Positions 47,915 through 60,479 of a stretch of 64,000 nucleotides of DNA are shown here, piece by piece. The position numbers and the translations under genes were made by a program. The stretch is from Macrostomum lignano. Taxonomy: Eukaryota. The stretch spans positions 62,001 through 126,000 of the forward strand of contig NIVC01001309.1 in NCBI GenBank assembly GCA_002269645.1, read 5' to 3'. Numbering within the stretch: the stretch's first letter is position 1; each line of letters opens with the position of its first letter. Below the pieces are notes generated by a model. The model had not been told where the DNA came from and ran no database searches. It saw only the letters and a list, made by a program, of their open reading frames with translations.

Positions 47915-49296
47915 TCAATTTTGTGGGCCACTTTGTGAGCCGAGCTTTGTGGGCCACTTCTGAGTCCACTGGCATGGGTTGTATGACTGCAAGGCAGAGT
48001 CCAGCCTGTTGATACCACTTATAAATCTGTTGTACGACACAATTGTCTGATGCTTCTGCTGGATGACCAGTTCATTTTGCACGAATTGGTGAACAGGGTG
48101 AAGTTGGGCTACGCCTTGCATGTCAAGGAAGTAAACTTTCTTTAGGCCCGAGCTCTTCCTGTCAACTATTTTCAATGCTAGCATGTTTCCTTTGTGCATA
48201 AACATGTAGCTTGGAGCTTGGTTTCCCTGGATACCACGAAGGCCATCTGGGACACCATGATCGGTGCAAACTATGCATGTCAGCATGTTGCTCCACCACA
48301 GCAGATATATTGCAAGATGATAAGATCCGAAACCAGCTATCGCAGAAGACGTGATAACCTAAATCCAATATGTACCTAACTGCCTCCACCAGGACTTTAT
48401 CACTTAGAGACAGCCCCCCACACCCAAGATCTTGACCAAATCACTCATTCTCAGCTTTACTAGAACTAGAGTGCACTAAGAAGTTGCTCATGTAACCGGA
48501 TCTAGCTTTGCAAAGACAATACAGTTTGATGCCATATCATGCTTTCTTGGATGGAATATATTGACGACATGACGCAACCCCTGAATAGAACAAGCTCTTT
48601 GTTGACACTAATTTCTTTTTCTAGCATGTACACACTGCAACATATCTCAGCTACATGCGTAATAAATGGTCTTGCCTTTGCTAGTGGGTTGTTTCCATCG
48701 AAGTTGTTGCAGACATAGAAGTGCAGCTGGCTACTGATCTGTTGGTACCTGTCCCTTGTCAGGCAAGCAAGTTGTTGGAAGAAAGGTGTTGCGTAGAAAT
48801 CATATTTGCTCCAATAGTTGGCAATCTCGGGCTTTTTAACTGTTCCCATGTAAAGCGACATGGCAACAAACTTCTTCAACTCGTCCACGGTCACATCTTT
48901 CCACACAGAGAACCTTTGAGGCAAGTTTGGCATCAATGCTTGTAGCTCATTGAATTTGCGCCATGTCCATGCATTGGTCCAAGCGCAGAGCTGTTTCAGT
49001 AGGTCAGCAGTCAGAAACAGCTTGGAAAACGCAGCTGGATTGTCATCGGCAGTCTCTGGCCTCGGCAAGTCAGGATCCACACCAGGCATTCCCAAGAATT
49101 TGGCCTCTGCATCTGGTCATTCATCATGCCCAGCTTCCCGTGCCATCCAAGCATTATTTGGCAAGCTGCCGGCATCTTCATTTGGCTGGAGATGCAGGTC
49201 CTCTTTTTCATCTTCACCTTCATCTGCTGTTGGCCAGCCTTTCTTTTCTTCTAGTTCAGAGTTGGTATCCAGATCAAAATGCACTTGAGCAGCCAT
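47915..49296 (-). pseudogene. Decayed piggyBac-like transposase (PGBD4-type)
   Basis: PAAFSKLFLTADLLKQLCAWTN, WKDVTVDELKKFVAMSLYMG, NYWS, TRDRYQQISSQLHF, KARP, and downstream YNRFISGINRLD...KWPTK. Frameshifted; the first catalytic DE position reads NKE. No TTAA-flanked TIR was found. Confidence 0.85.
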
Positions 49297-49337
49297 GACA
49301 AACACTGTCCGATACTTGGAAATTATTGCACTTTTGC

Positions 49338-49687
49338 TCACAATACTCTTAGCTCACGCTCCACCCCATTTCCAGTAAGCTGCACATTCAGGTTGGGTTT
49401 GTGCATTCTAATATATGAAGCTTTGATAATCTTAAGCTTATGGTCAAATTTGCACCTATCCAACACTTTAAAGAGCTGAATCGGTTCACCGTCACAGCAT
49501 TTTTTACAAACAAGCAGATGGTCATTAATTGCAGAGCTTTTTAGCCAATGTTCCCTAGCTCTAATGTGCAGGTGTTGCTTTGTTTTTCCAATATAGGAAA
49601 TGCTCTGATCCTCAGAGTAGCAAAATTGGTAAACAACACCAGCCCTTAGAGCAAGTGGAACAGCTGACTTGAAAAAATGCTGTGAAT
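49338..49687 (-). mobile_element. Penelope-like element fragment: GIY-YIG endonuclease C-terminus
   Basis: GVVYQFCYSEDQSISYIGKTKQHLHIRAREH...SAINDHL...IIKASYIRMHKPNLN: VY/YIG motifs, R..EH and P.LN. Confidence 0.85.
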
Positions 49688-49699
49688 TAAACAAAGTTT

Positions 49700-50059
49700 T
49701 TTTTATTAGAGGCAGGGGGGTTGTGTGCACCCTGGCGCACTTTAAGCGACACAGGCACACAACCGGCGAGAGGCATTACTGCCCATTCCGCCAACTTCCC
49801 TGAGCAGGCATACAAGCGCACGGATACGTTACGCAGGCACACACTCACACAGGAGTGTACAGCAGCCCTAACTTTATTAATTGTTAGGCATGTACACTTC
49901 ACTGCGCCTTGGGGGGGTTGGCTCTCAAGGCCATTAATTGCACAAGCGAGCCAAGCCGAGATTCCAATCCAGCCCCAAATTAATGTGGCTGCACTTGGAA
50001 TTGAGCCTGGGTTGCGGCACACCAGAGCAGCTGCGCTACCGCTGGGCTATGGCCCCCCC
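49700..50059 (-). mobile_element. Full-length 360-bp tRNA-derived SINE with poly(A) tail and 12-bp TSD
   Basis: On the minus strand it starts GGGGGGGCCATAGCCCAGCGGTAGCGCAG (A box), contains GGCTCAATTCC (B-box-like) and ends CTAATAAAAAA. TAAACAAAGTTT is duplicated at 49688-49699 and 50060-50071. Confidence 0.8.
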
Positions 50060-50514
50060 TAAACAAAGTTTACTTTTTATGTTTTTGTTGACATTTATTT
50101 TCCTACTAATCCATTTGCTATTGCAGGCTACGGCTATGTGAAAAATATGCTAAAATAGTCTATGGCCTTGGCCTGCTTTGCAGGCCATTCCGCAAGCTAT
50201 ATTGGTAAATAGAATCCCAACCAGCAGTGTCGGTTAAGGCTTTAAAAAGTCTTTAGCCAATTAAAATCTATGCCAATGAGTTCAGCCACTAGGCTTCTAT
50301 GAATTTAAGGTAGGTGCAGCACAAGACCTGGAACAATGCGCATGCCCTGCAATCTTTTCTTGCAGAAAAAGCAATTCTTACCTTCCTACTAGGCCTAAGT
50401 CTGAATTGTGCTCTATATCTATATATCTATATCTATAGAAATCAGGTAAAGTGGCTCGCTTGATGAATAGTAGATAAATAAAGGTAAATATCAACATAAA
50501 GTATTATTTGAGTT

Positions 50515-50556
50515 GCCGATGCATTTCGTCCATTTGCATTAGGACATCGTCAGGGT
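50515..50556 (-). ncRNA. Minimal type I hammerhead ribozyme (Penelope-type), intact core
   Basis: Minus strand ACC-CTGACGA-T-GTCC-TAATGCAAAT-GGAC-GAAA-TGCA-TC-GGC: CUGANGA, one extra U, 4-bp stem II, GAAA, palindromic AUGCAU helix III and an AUC cleavage triplet. Confidence 0.75.
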
Positions 50557-51117
50557 CTTTTTATTTAAGAAACAATTTGAACGAATATTCAGTATATATA
50601 GATAGTTGAGAGTAACAAGAGTAGTTGAATTGAGTTTTTAATTGATGGTTTAAAACTTGTACATAGTAATCAATTTTTTGATACAGTATTGGTTGGGTAA
50701 AGTGCATATCAGTTTCAAGCCAGTCCGGTCATTGACAAATCAGCTAACACCTGCTAACCTGCAATTCTTGTTGTGAGGCTGAACCACACGAAATGATAAA
50801 GGCTATTGATTTTTGTAATAGAGATCACATGCTCTGCCTATTAGAAGCCCTGTACATTAAGACCAAACAGCCCACGTTAAATAACCAACTTGCGATGGGT
50901 GGGGCTAGCCGTCAACTCAGAATTTTTTAGCTGATTTGTCAATGACCGGACTGGCTTGAAACTGATATGCACTTTACCCAACCAATACTGTATCAAAAAA
51001 TTGATTACTATGTACAAGTTTTAAACCATCAATTAAAAACTCAATTCAACTACTCTTGTTACTCTCAACTATCTATATATACTGAATATTTGTTCAAATT
51101 GTTTCTTAAATAAAAAG

Positions 51118-51159
51118 ACCCTGACAATGTCCTAATGCAAATGGACGAAATGCATCGGC
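51118..51159 (+). ncRNA. Hammerhead ribozyme copy with a core mutation (CTGACAA, G8 to A)
   Basis: Identical to the minus-strand copy except for A at 51126. Confidence 0.6.
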
Positions 51160-51625
51160 AACTCAAATAATACTTTATGTTGATATTTATCTTTATTTAT
51201 CTATATCTATAGAATTTATATATATATGTATTTATTTATATCTTATCTATGCCCTAGATTTTTGGGCATAGCCTATATTATGATTGATACAAAGTGTGGC
51301 CCCCTTGATTTTGTAGGCTAGTTGTACTGGAATGCCACACTCTGGATCATGTAGTATACACCTGAAAATTTGGGCATACATTGGCCTTGCATGCCAAAAA
51401 TAGGCATGCACAGTTGGCATATATCATTCCTAAGAAAATAGTATGTGTGCATACCTGGCATGTACTTTATAGAATCACGTGGAAGAGTATTGTGAAGTAG
51501 AAAAAAAAGACGTAAAAATGTTCTTTTTAAGTGAAAATTTCAAGCTTTCCAGGTTTTTTAAGCTTGTAATAAAGCATTTAAACAAAATTTGCATGTATCA
51601 ATTTTTTGCAATGAATAGTAGGCCC

Positions 51626-53999
51626 CAGTGTTGCTACAGGCATTTGAAAAAAAATAGACGCAGCCGATAAAAAAAAACGCAGGCAGTACTAAAAATTATA
51701 ATGAAGCTCAGAACTACTCTATTGTACATTCATGCCTCTGCCCTGCCTACGTGGGTGTGCTCTGTGTTTTTGCATATGTACACGGCACCGTGTAAAGCAA
51801 CAATTTTCTTAACAAATCCGAAGCCTGCTGTCCTTAATTTTTAGATGCGAACTGCTAGTACATTACATGTTAGATGCCAGTCAGTAGCTAATACAAGTAT
51901 TAAGAAGCTGTTCTCGAGTTGCACAACTGCAGGCTGTACCCTTGTCTGTTGAGCAAATAATGATGAACGACATCAAGGAGTTCGAGGAACAAATTTACAT
52001 TGCACTATTAGTAGAATACAGAGAAATGATCTAGGCCCTGAAACATCCTAGCACTGTGCCCTGGATCACATACAACTATACTGTATAAATGCACACAAGT
52101 GACTAGCAGCCCTAGGATGATTAACAACAAGATACATTAGCAACGAAACATGTTCTTATATCTAATGCATAATAGAAAATCACGACGATGCTGAGCAATA
52201 CGATAGTAAAAAGGCTGAGAGTACATCAGTACATTTTATTCCAAAATCAACACGGCTACCAGCCAACCAGCAGATGTCATAAATGGTCACATGCAAAAAT
52301 TTATGTATTTCCTCTTTAATCAGCAGCGGCCAGCGAGTGCACAAAAATTGGCCGATGGATATTGGCTAACAGACAAACTAGGATACGCAACTTATCCTGC
52401 ACTTATTGGGTTGTCCAGAAAGTTCTGTCCGATTTTTTCACATGGTCTAACTTCCTTATACTAAAACTTACTTATCTATTATCCATTGTTGTTCATATTT
52501 GCCTATTAGCAATACATGTTACTCACCTTTCTACCACCACCTGCATCTAACTGAAAGTTGCTTCTTTCCAGCAAAGAATGGCACATGATAATGAGCACCT
52601 TTTGCACTGCTTGCTCTATCTATCTATTCCGCGCCATTGACCGGCATCTGCAAGGCAAGAGCTTCAACAACGAACTGGCCCTCATCTCGGAGATCGGCAA
52701 CTTTTTCGACTTGATGAACATTTGTATAAAAAAATGGACAGAACTTTCTAGACATTGGACAACCTATACATATAAGAGCGACAGTGAGTACATATACGTG
52801 CAATATGTGTATCTCGATCGATGGCCGATGCAAACATACATGGAAACAGCATGACAACAACAATGCAACAACTTGAAGAATAAATGTAAAAATTCATGTC
52901 ATCTGTTACTCTTTCAGTTCTCACTGTCTCTACCCTCTCAGTCACTCAAAGAGCAAGATTGCGAGCATAGCTGTTTGTAATAAAATGCATGTAAAATAAA
53001 ACTGATGCCTAGATCATGCCTGGATGCATCTTTGTTGCAAACCCTGTATCCCCATATGCAGTGTTTGGCAAAGTTCATTTTTGGAAAAGTTCAATTCATT
53101 TTTAAAATGATATTGAAAGAATAGCAGAATGAGATCATTTTTAACTGTTTGGCAGTAGAATGAGGTAAAGAAATGGTTGTTACTCGAGCATGACTGACCA
53201 AGTAGGAAATGCCCTTGCATAAAATTCAAAAGTTCGTTGTACGAAAGTTCCTTTTTCGTGAACTTGCCCAACACTGCCTATCTATTTATGTCTATGTAAG
53301 CCCAAAAATCATTGTTACCAAAAGTTACCGGCGTCACTTTTTGAAATAACTGGCGATGGTAGACTTGGTCGCCTTCTCCTCCAACTTTCTCTTTTTCTCT
53401 TTGAGGCCCTCAGTCTCCTTCTCCAGTGTCTTGCGCTCAATCGCTAGGGCAGCTACCTGTCGCTGATATTCGTCAAGCATTGCGGCAGCTCTGTCCGCTT
53501 GCGCATCTACCTCCAGTCTCCTCTTCCGTATGCTCTCCTCCTTTGCCTGCAACTGTGCAGAGTGTGTTGCCTTCTTAATTTCCTGTGCAATTTCTACTGC
53601 CAACTCTCTCTCCTTTGCCAACTTCTTCTGCTTCTCCTCATTCTCCTCCCGCTGCCGCTCCAGGTGCTGCTTCCAGCTGTGCTGAGCATGAAAGCCTGCA
53701 TTGATGTACGCGTCATTGAAGTGAAACGTTTCACAAGTCAAACCGGTCGACTTCAGGAAACCTTGGGTAAGCAGACAGCCATCTATGGTGCGGATGTCCA
53801 GATTGCTTCTTTTCTTTGAAAAAAGGTCTGTAAGATCGGCAAACACACGCTCCACTGCCGCATTGCCACTTAAGTCACCAACAAAACAGCTAGCAAGTAA
53901 AAACGCAGAATGAAAAAAAACGCAGAAAAAAACGCACAAACGCAGATTTTTCAAAGAAAAAACGCAGCTGCGTTAAAAACGCAGCCTGTAGCAACACTG
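51626..53999 (-). mobile_element. Internally deleted hAT transposon, 2374 bp, retaining the transposase C-terminus
   Basis: Perfect 16-bp TIR CAGTGTTGCTACAGGC, exact 8-bp TSD GTAGGCCC (51618-51625, 54000-54007) and subterminal AAAAACGCAG repeats. ORF 53334..53954 has GNAAVERVFADL...KRSNL (hAT dimerisation-like) followed by a long coiled coil. Confidence 0.9.
52406..52766 (+). mobile_element. Mariner-derived deletion derivative nested in the hAT element
   Basis: TA-flanked inverted ends TTGGGTTGTCCAGAAAGTTCTGTCC / GGACAGAACTTTCT...GGACAACC. Internal YLFRAIDRHLQGKSFNNELALISEIGNFFD resembles the mariner transposase C-terminus. Confidence 0.75.
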
Positions 54000-54905
54000 G
54001 TAGGCCCCTATTCTTGAAGAAGTGGAAAAAACAACTAAATTATTTTCCAAAAAAGGTTCATTATACAATTCAAAAAGGTTATTTATTGTCACAACACAAA
54101 AAGGTCATTTATTGTTGCAACACTATTGTAGTTTTGAGAATGGGCATGCAGTCAATTTTTTGGCATGCATTTGTAATTATTTGATTTTTGTTTGGGTGTG
54201 CACCCAGCATGATCTGGACTATGGCCAGAAAAATGCATGTAGCATGTCCAACAATAATAATAGTTCAACCCTGCCCTTTTGTGCCAGATAGCCAGAATTT
54301 TCTATGAAAAAGGCCATCTTTTTGACTATGGCTCCAGACTCTTTATGGCTTGCCTTAAGTTTTTTATATAAGACCCAACTATTGAACTAGAAAACAAAAA
54401 TTAAGATCAAGGTCATACTATTAAAAGATATTATCAAATTATAGACATAGCATAGCATATACAGCCTAGTAGTATAGTTCTTGTAATTTATAAAATGAGT
54501 TTTTGGCATACATAAAATGAAGACTAATAAATGGCTTTTTAAAACAACTTTATTTGATTATTAGACATAGGATATTATACTTTATAGAATTAGGATAGGA
54601 TTGGATGGACCATGGACATCCTAGTCAAAGTCAAGCATGGTTTTCAATACAATTGTCAATTTCTATATGATGGTAATACTGAGCTAGCTAATTTATAGGT
54701 GATAATCTGAAACTAAGCTGGTTAAATTCGTAGGCGATAAACTGAAAATGAAAGTTCTATAATAACAATCAATAAAAATGAAACTCAGAGAATGTAATAA
54801 AATTGTAGCTCGGATTTTGCACCCGTGTCAGCAGTTTATACGCGAATTCAGCACAATTTTAGGTACGATAAACATGCATATCCTGCATGCTGTTTGCTCT
54901 TACTG

Positions 54906-57900
54906 GGGTGATTCTCATCGAGAGGTTTCGGAGGTTTTGAGGTTTTTCAGAGGTTTCATTTCGAACAAATATTTTTGCACAAAAACTTTAATACTGCTCA
55001 AAAATTAAAATCTTACTGAAATTTACTAATGAATACAAATTTTCTTTAGAAAATAGCTCGGAGGTTTCGGATTCTTTTTAATTTTGCTTTTGATAGGCAC
55101 GCGCGGAAATTATTTAACTGTTTCTATGCGTGGTAGTCAACTGACACATTTTATGCCATGCCATTTTCATTGCTTCCTTTTCATTTCATAAGCGCAAAGT
55201 TGCGAATAGTCACAAGTATGTGTTATTCCCTTTAAATGCATATTCGTAACTATCCTAATTTCTACTAGACCTGTCCATGTAATTAAAAACAGACACTATT
55301 TACCAATACGAATTTCATATTGTTTTTGACTTGGTCTTAAGAAAGCTATCAATTTTAAGCCAGACTAACTAGATTAAGACTAACAAGACCAAATCAGTAT
55401 TTTTTCATCAAGTCAGTATCAGTCGCTATTTAATATAGATTGTTAGTCTAACTAACTAAAGGCCCTAAGTATTTTACTAGGGATCTATAATGTAAAATAT
55501 ATTTATTTTATTTCACTTATTTGATATTCTTTTTTTATTTTACATCCATTATACTAAAAAATTTATTTTTCTATTTTATATTATTTACTATTTTTACATC
55601 ATCATCCTAAATCCTAACACACAATGCACATAGGATAAAAATTTATTACCTAAGCCTTTAATACTAGTGAATAATTCTCTTCACAAAGCTTAAAAAATGG
55701 CAAATTTTTTTTACTGCTTTACCTCTACCTATAAAATTGAAAACTCTAATGATCTGAAATTTTTACATTTTTAATTTTAAATATAATTTAATAATAGCTT
55801 TATATTCAGTTATAATTTAAGTTGATATAATCTAGTACAATTTCTATTACTCTTATACATTAGTAACTTGCTTTTAGTAACTAGCTTTCTTTTTATGCAA
55901 ATATTCAAAGTAAATAGTAGCTTGTACTTATGTATATCTAGTTATCACATTTTTATTCAATTTTTAATTTACTTTATAAGTTATTTGTTGTAATATTAAA
56001 CAAATATATTCTCTTATCATCCACAGTAGTTATCATGCCAATGAAATGCATGGTGCCAACCATGTTGGGGAGAAGGCTCTAAATCTTTAGATTTTCTTAT
56101 GATTTTAAGTACTTACACTACACCCATATACTAAAATGTAAGACTAACATTGTATTTCTCAATCATGCCATCTTTCCAGAACCCATCAAACTATGGGAAT
56201 TTGTGCAAAGCAATGGCCTACTAAAATACCATTGCACAAGATGATATGCTTCTAGAAGTCGCGGTTGGCGCGATATGCTTTTGGCACGGCTCGACTTCAG
56301 CGTTGTTGCTCATCATTGCATCACTCGAGTCCCATTGTCGCATTTTTGGGCTTCCAGCATCAACTGGTTCGATAGTCTCAATTGGAGGCCATGAAAAGCA
56401 ATGTCAGGCATGCTGGTGCCAATCTTGGAGAGGAATTTGCAGCCCACCTGATTGCCCTGAGGGAATTGTGCCAAGGGAACTCACACCTATCATTTTTGTT
56501 CAGCAGCAGCAGCCAAGTGTTACTGATCCAAATGGAACTCACTACAACTGACATAATGCGACTGCCCGATTGCACTTTGCTGGCCGTAGTGGAAACCGCA
56601 CACTGAGAAGCATCGCCCATGTTCCTCACCCTACAATATTGAGCTCTCGATCACGTCGGTGGTCTTGACGATGTAGGATGCAATCTTCATAGACATGCCA
56701 TTGAACCTGGAATGCTACCTGGTATGCTGCATCTCAAAAGGCTGGCTAACGTTTTTTCAAGGGTTTAGTGTGGCGAGACTCCAAGTCTGATAGATAATCC
56801 AATGTCAGCCAGCATGCGTCAACTGCGCAAGCTTGATCCAAGCAAATGAGCTTCACAGTAGTTTCCAATTGGTCTTGCCTTATTTTTTAGGCCTTTTTTA
56901 AAACATCGAACATTGCAAGAATGCATTTCAAAAACAAAGAAGGAACGTTTTGTATTTTCTCTATCAGTATGTATATTTATCCATACATTGCTGTTACATT
57001 GCCTAAATACACTATATAAAAATATTCTTTGAGAGTCAAATAAAAACAGTTTCAAAAGTTCACATTTCAGATATGTACATGAGAGAATATAAGTCTTGTC
57101 TTTTTATTTACTCAGATGAAAGTGAAGTTCTTAACTTTGGGAGTTAATGCGCATATGAAAGACGATGCCTGCAAAAACAAAGGCTGTATCCCGTCAGCCA
57201 GCAAGCAGTTGAAGAACTTCAGTCACTCATCTCGAAGGCAGTGTGCAGTAGATTAGCCCCTAGGCTGTCGGTTTATGTCATCTGGTTAGTAGCTAGAGCA
57301 CAGCCATATTCTGTATGCTGACAACCAAACCAATTGCCACCACAAAAGCAACCCAGCCTGCCAAAGCTCTAAGGGTGGCGAGCTGCGTTGCACTGAGTCG
57401 CAACATAAGTGGGTATAGGAAATGGAATGCCATAATGCCTGTTATTAGATTAGACAAACATGAAGCATTGTTGGCCTGTACAGGCTCAAAATGCAGGCAG
57501 GAGACCACGCAAGCGGTAGTTCAGGCATGGTATTGGCAGCTGAAATAAGGCATGTTGAAATAAAAGGTATTGATTACTTTCATCTATAACTTTTCATAAA
57601 CAATCAATTTCAAAAGTCAAGAAACATAATGATTTTCCTATACATTTATTCTTGCAATCTTTAAAGATGCCAATACATTTATGTTGAAGAAATTATATTA
57701 TTTTAAAATAAACAATGCCAAAAATGTGTCCAATGACTTTTTAGTTTTAACTCTAGTAAATATATTGGTATCAGCTATCTAGTTTATTGCTCAACATAGA
57801 TTTTTAGTATCAAACAAGGGTAGTGCAATACATGTACAAAGTCTTACTGCAAGCATTTTGTTTGCATAAGAACTGACTCTAAGGTGTTAGAGCTTTTGTC

Positions 57901-58621
57901 AGCAGTAGCAGTTGTGCAACTAGTGTTATTTATGAGAGAAAAGCTAATAGCATTTAGTAATTGAAATTAGTTTTATGATTAAAAGTAAAATGCTCTGCTT
58001 TAAGTAATTAAAAGTAAAATGCTCTGCTTTAAGTAGTTAAAAGTAAAATGCATACTTGTAATTCCAGGCCCTCAAATATTTATAAAAAAACATTGAGACA
58101 ACAATAATTCTGCTATTTACTTCTGTGAGGCAGTATGTCATAACATAACATAACATCACATCAATGTCATAACATAATTCGAATGCAAAATGGTATGCAG
58201 CACTCAAAAGTAAAAAACGGGAAACGGATGAAACAGCTAGCTGTCTATATGTTTTCAGTATATTTCAAGCAGCGCCTTCAAGTCGAATATTTTTATTTTA
58301 TTTATGCACCTTGAATGTAAATGCCAATGGCAACGATGACATTACCAGTGTGTTGTGTTGCGTAGTGTTTAAAAAAACCACTTTCAAAGCATGAAAATAG
58401 TTGTCTAAGTTAAATAATTTCCGCGCGTGCCTATCAGAAGCAAAATTAAAAAGAATCCGAAACCTCCGAGCTATTTTCTAAAGAAAATTTGTATTCATTA
58501 GCAAATTTTAGTAAGATTTTAACTTTTGTACAGTATTAAAGTTTTTGTGCAAAAATATTTGTTCGAAATGAAACCTCTGAAAAACCTCAAAACCTCCGAA
58601 ACCTCTCGATGAGAATCACCC
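54906..58621. mobile_element. 3.7-kb MULE (Mutator)-like element with ~215-bp TIRs and a 9-bp TSD
   Basis: Arms ~54906-55118 and ~58410-58621 are near-identical inverted copies (GGGTGATTCTCATCGAGAGGTTTCGG...GCACGCGCGGAAATTATTTAAC). CTCTTACTG is duplicated at 54897-54905 and 58622-58630. No recognisable transposase. Confidence 0.82.
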
Positions 58622-59326
58622 CTCTTACTGCATGCTGGATAGTCGTATGAGTTGCTAGCACAATGACAAACAAAGTAATGCTGTTTAAATGCAAAATTGT
58701 AGCCTATTTGGAAATAATAAGTATTGTTGTCTATCCAGTTTTAAAAAACAGTTGAATTGTACTGTGCATAGTTAATTAATTATTCTTGCAACAGAGCAAT
58801 TTTGTATATGCTTAATATTTTACTACTGCGGTTTAAAAATTAGTAACATGAGCAGCAGCATCATAACTGCAGCTGCAGGGGAGGTCACTCACTCAATTGG
58901 GCTGACGTGGACTGCGATCCCTCAAATACAGATATGGATAGGGCCTAGCCTAGATAGATAGATGGTCAGAATATCAATAAAATAGATCAGATCATCATCG
59001 TTAGGCTTACTGCCAGTCTGCCGCACAGACCAGACCTAGGCTATTGTCTTGATTTCAATTCAGATTTGGATCCAGAAAATTGAGGAATAAGAATGGGTCT
59101 GTGGACTGTGGGTGCAGATGACTAAGATACTTTGCTTTTCTATTTATTTATTAATAGGCCTAGGTAGGCACAACCACCCATATGGCCATAGAAAAATAAA
59201 GAAGATCAAACTTGATAGGCCTACCCTATGTCTATGATAGAAGCACATTAACCAATGAAGTATACAAAATAAATAAGCTTTTGTTTTAATTCATGGCCAT
59301 GGCCATGGGCATGGGCATAGGCATAT

Positions 59327-59677
59327 ATGCGCAACCCCCCTGATTTACACTGGCCATGGAATTTATTTTTTGACCAAAATTGCAACTTACCTATGAAAAG
59401 AACCCTAAAGTAGAAACTAATGCACTTTTAGGTAAATGACTAAAAGTCGGCCTAACTATGACTGTCTTATTAAGGCTAAATGCCTTGTCATCTAATTAGT
59501 ACTATATCTGTTTTCTTTTGACTTTTAGTTTCAGATGGGCATTTTTGCAACTTATCCCTAGTCTACTATAATTTATAGTCTCTAGTCAAGTTTTCAAAGA
59601 TATGCCGTACATCTTAAATATCAAGCCCACAATAAGAAGGGTGGCCAAATCAGCCAGATCAGCTAGCAGTTGCGCAT
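59327..59677. mobile_element. MITE-like element with ATGCGCAAC...GTTGCGCAT ends, copy 2 (inverted relative to 8253-8541)
   Basis: Same termini and shared internal blocks. Confidence 0.6.
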
Positions 59678-60479
59678 ATATATGGTATGGCCTGGCCATG
59701 ACTATAGCCAAGGATAATAATTGATAATTAGGCCTAACTAAAATATCTTTTAAAATAAAAGTAACTATACTTAGCCCCTTTGGCCTTAATATTAATAAAA
59801 TTATGATATTTAAAATATATCCAATAAAAAAGGCTTTTTTAAAGAACAATTTTTGGTTCTAGCATTAAAGAAAAAGTTAGGCCTACTAGACCTATAAAAT
59901 GGGACATGTTGACAAAAAATTTTTTATTGAAATTTTTGCTTTTTGCCCTTAAATTATCTTGGCCTTGGCTTAGTAAAATGTTTTGTATCTTGATTTCTAT
60001 TTTCTAGAAAAAATAATTTTATCTAAATCTATTTTAACTATATGATATCAAATGTTATTATATATTTGGAAATAGGTAAATATTTAGTATATGGAGATAT
60101 TTTGCAGTATCAATATAAATTTTATTAGGCATTAGGCCTAGGCCTATTTATTAGGTTAAGCTATATTAATTATGTTAACTATATTACTTAAACATTTAAT
60201 AAAAAACTCCAATGCAAAATCTATAATTTAATGGCAACTTTTAATTAAAATCTATATTTATATATGCTAGTTTTTGTTTAATATTATTTCTTACCTTTTT
60301 GGCTTAGTAGTTACCTCAATAACAAATATAATTTAAAGGAAAAATGACCAGTTACTATTATTAATAGGTTTGCTAGTTTGCTTTGTTTTTTCTAACCAAG
60401 AACCTACTTTTAAGATGTAGAAGTATATACTCCTTGTACCTAATAACCAATTTTGTTTTGTCAATCTTTCATACCTTTC

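Larger units (their letters stand above)
50441..51203 (+). mobile_element. Truncated Penelope-like insertion: inverted pseudo-LTR (50471-50747), GIY-YIG tail (50748-50930), 3' pseudo-LTR (50927-51203)
   Basis: 277-bp arms are inverted with 3 mismatches seen. The spacer encodes KAIDFCNRDHMLCLLEALYIKTKQPTLNNQLAMGGASRQLRIF*. TCTATATCTATAGAA is duplicated at 50426-50440 and 51200-51214 (TSD-like). Confidence 0.85.
51340..54222. repeat. Interspersed repeat (host copy B, about 0.5 kb once the hAT insertion is removed)
   Basis: Homology to 8865-10615 on both sides of the hAT element. Confidence 0.65.
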
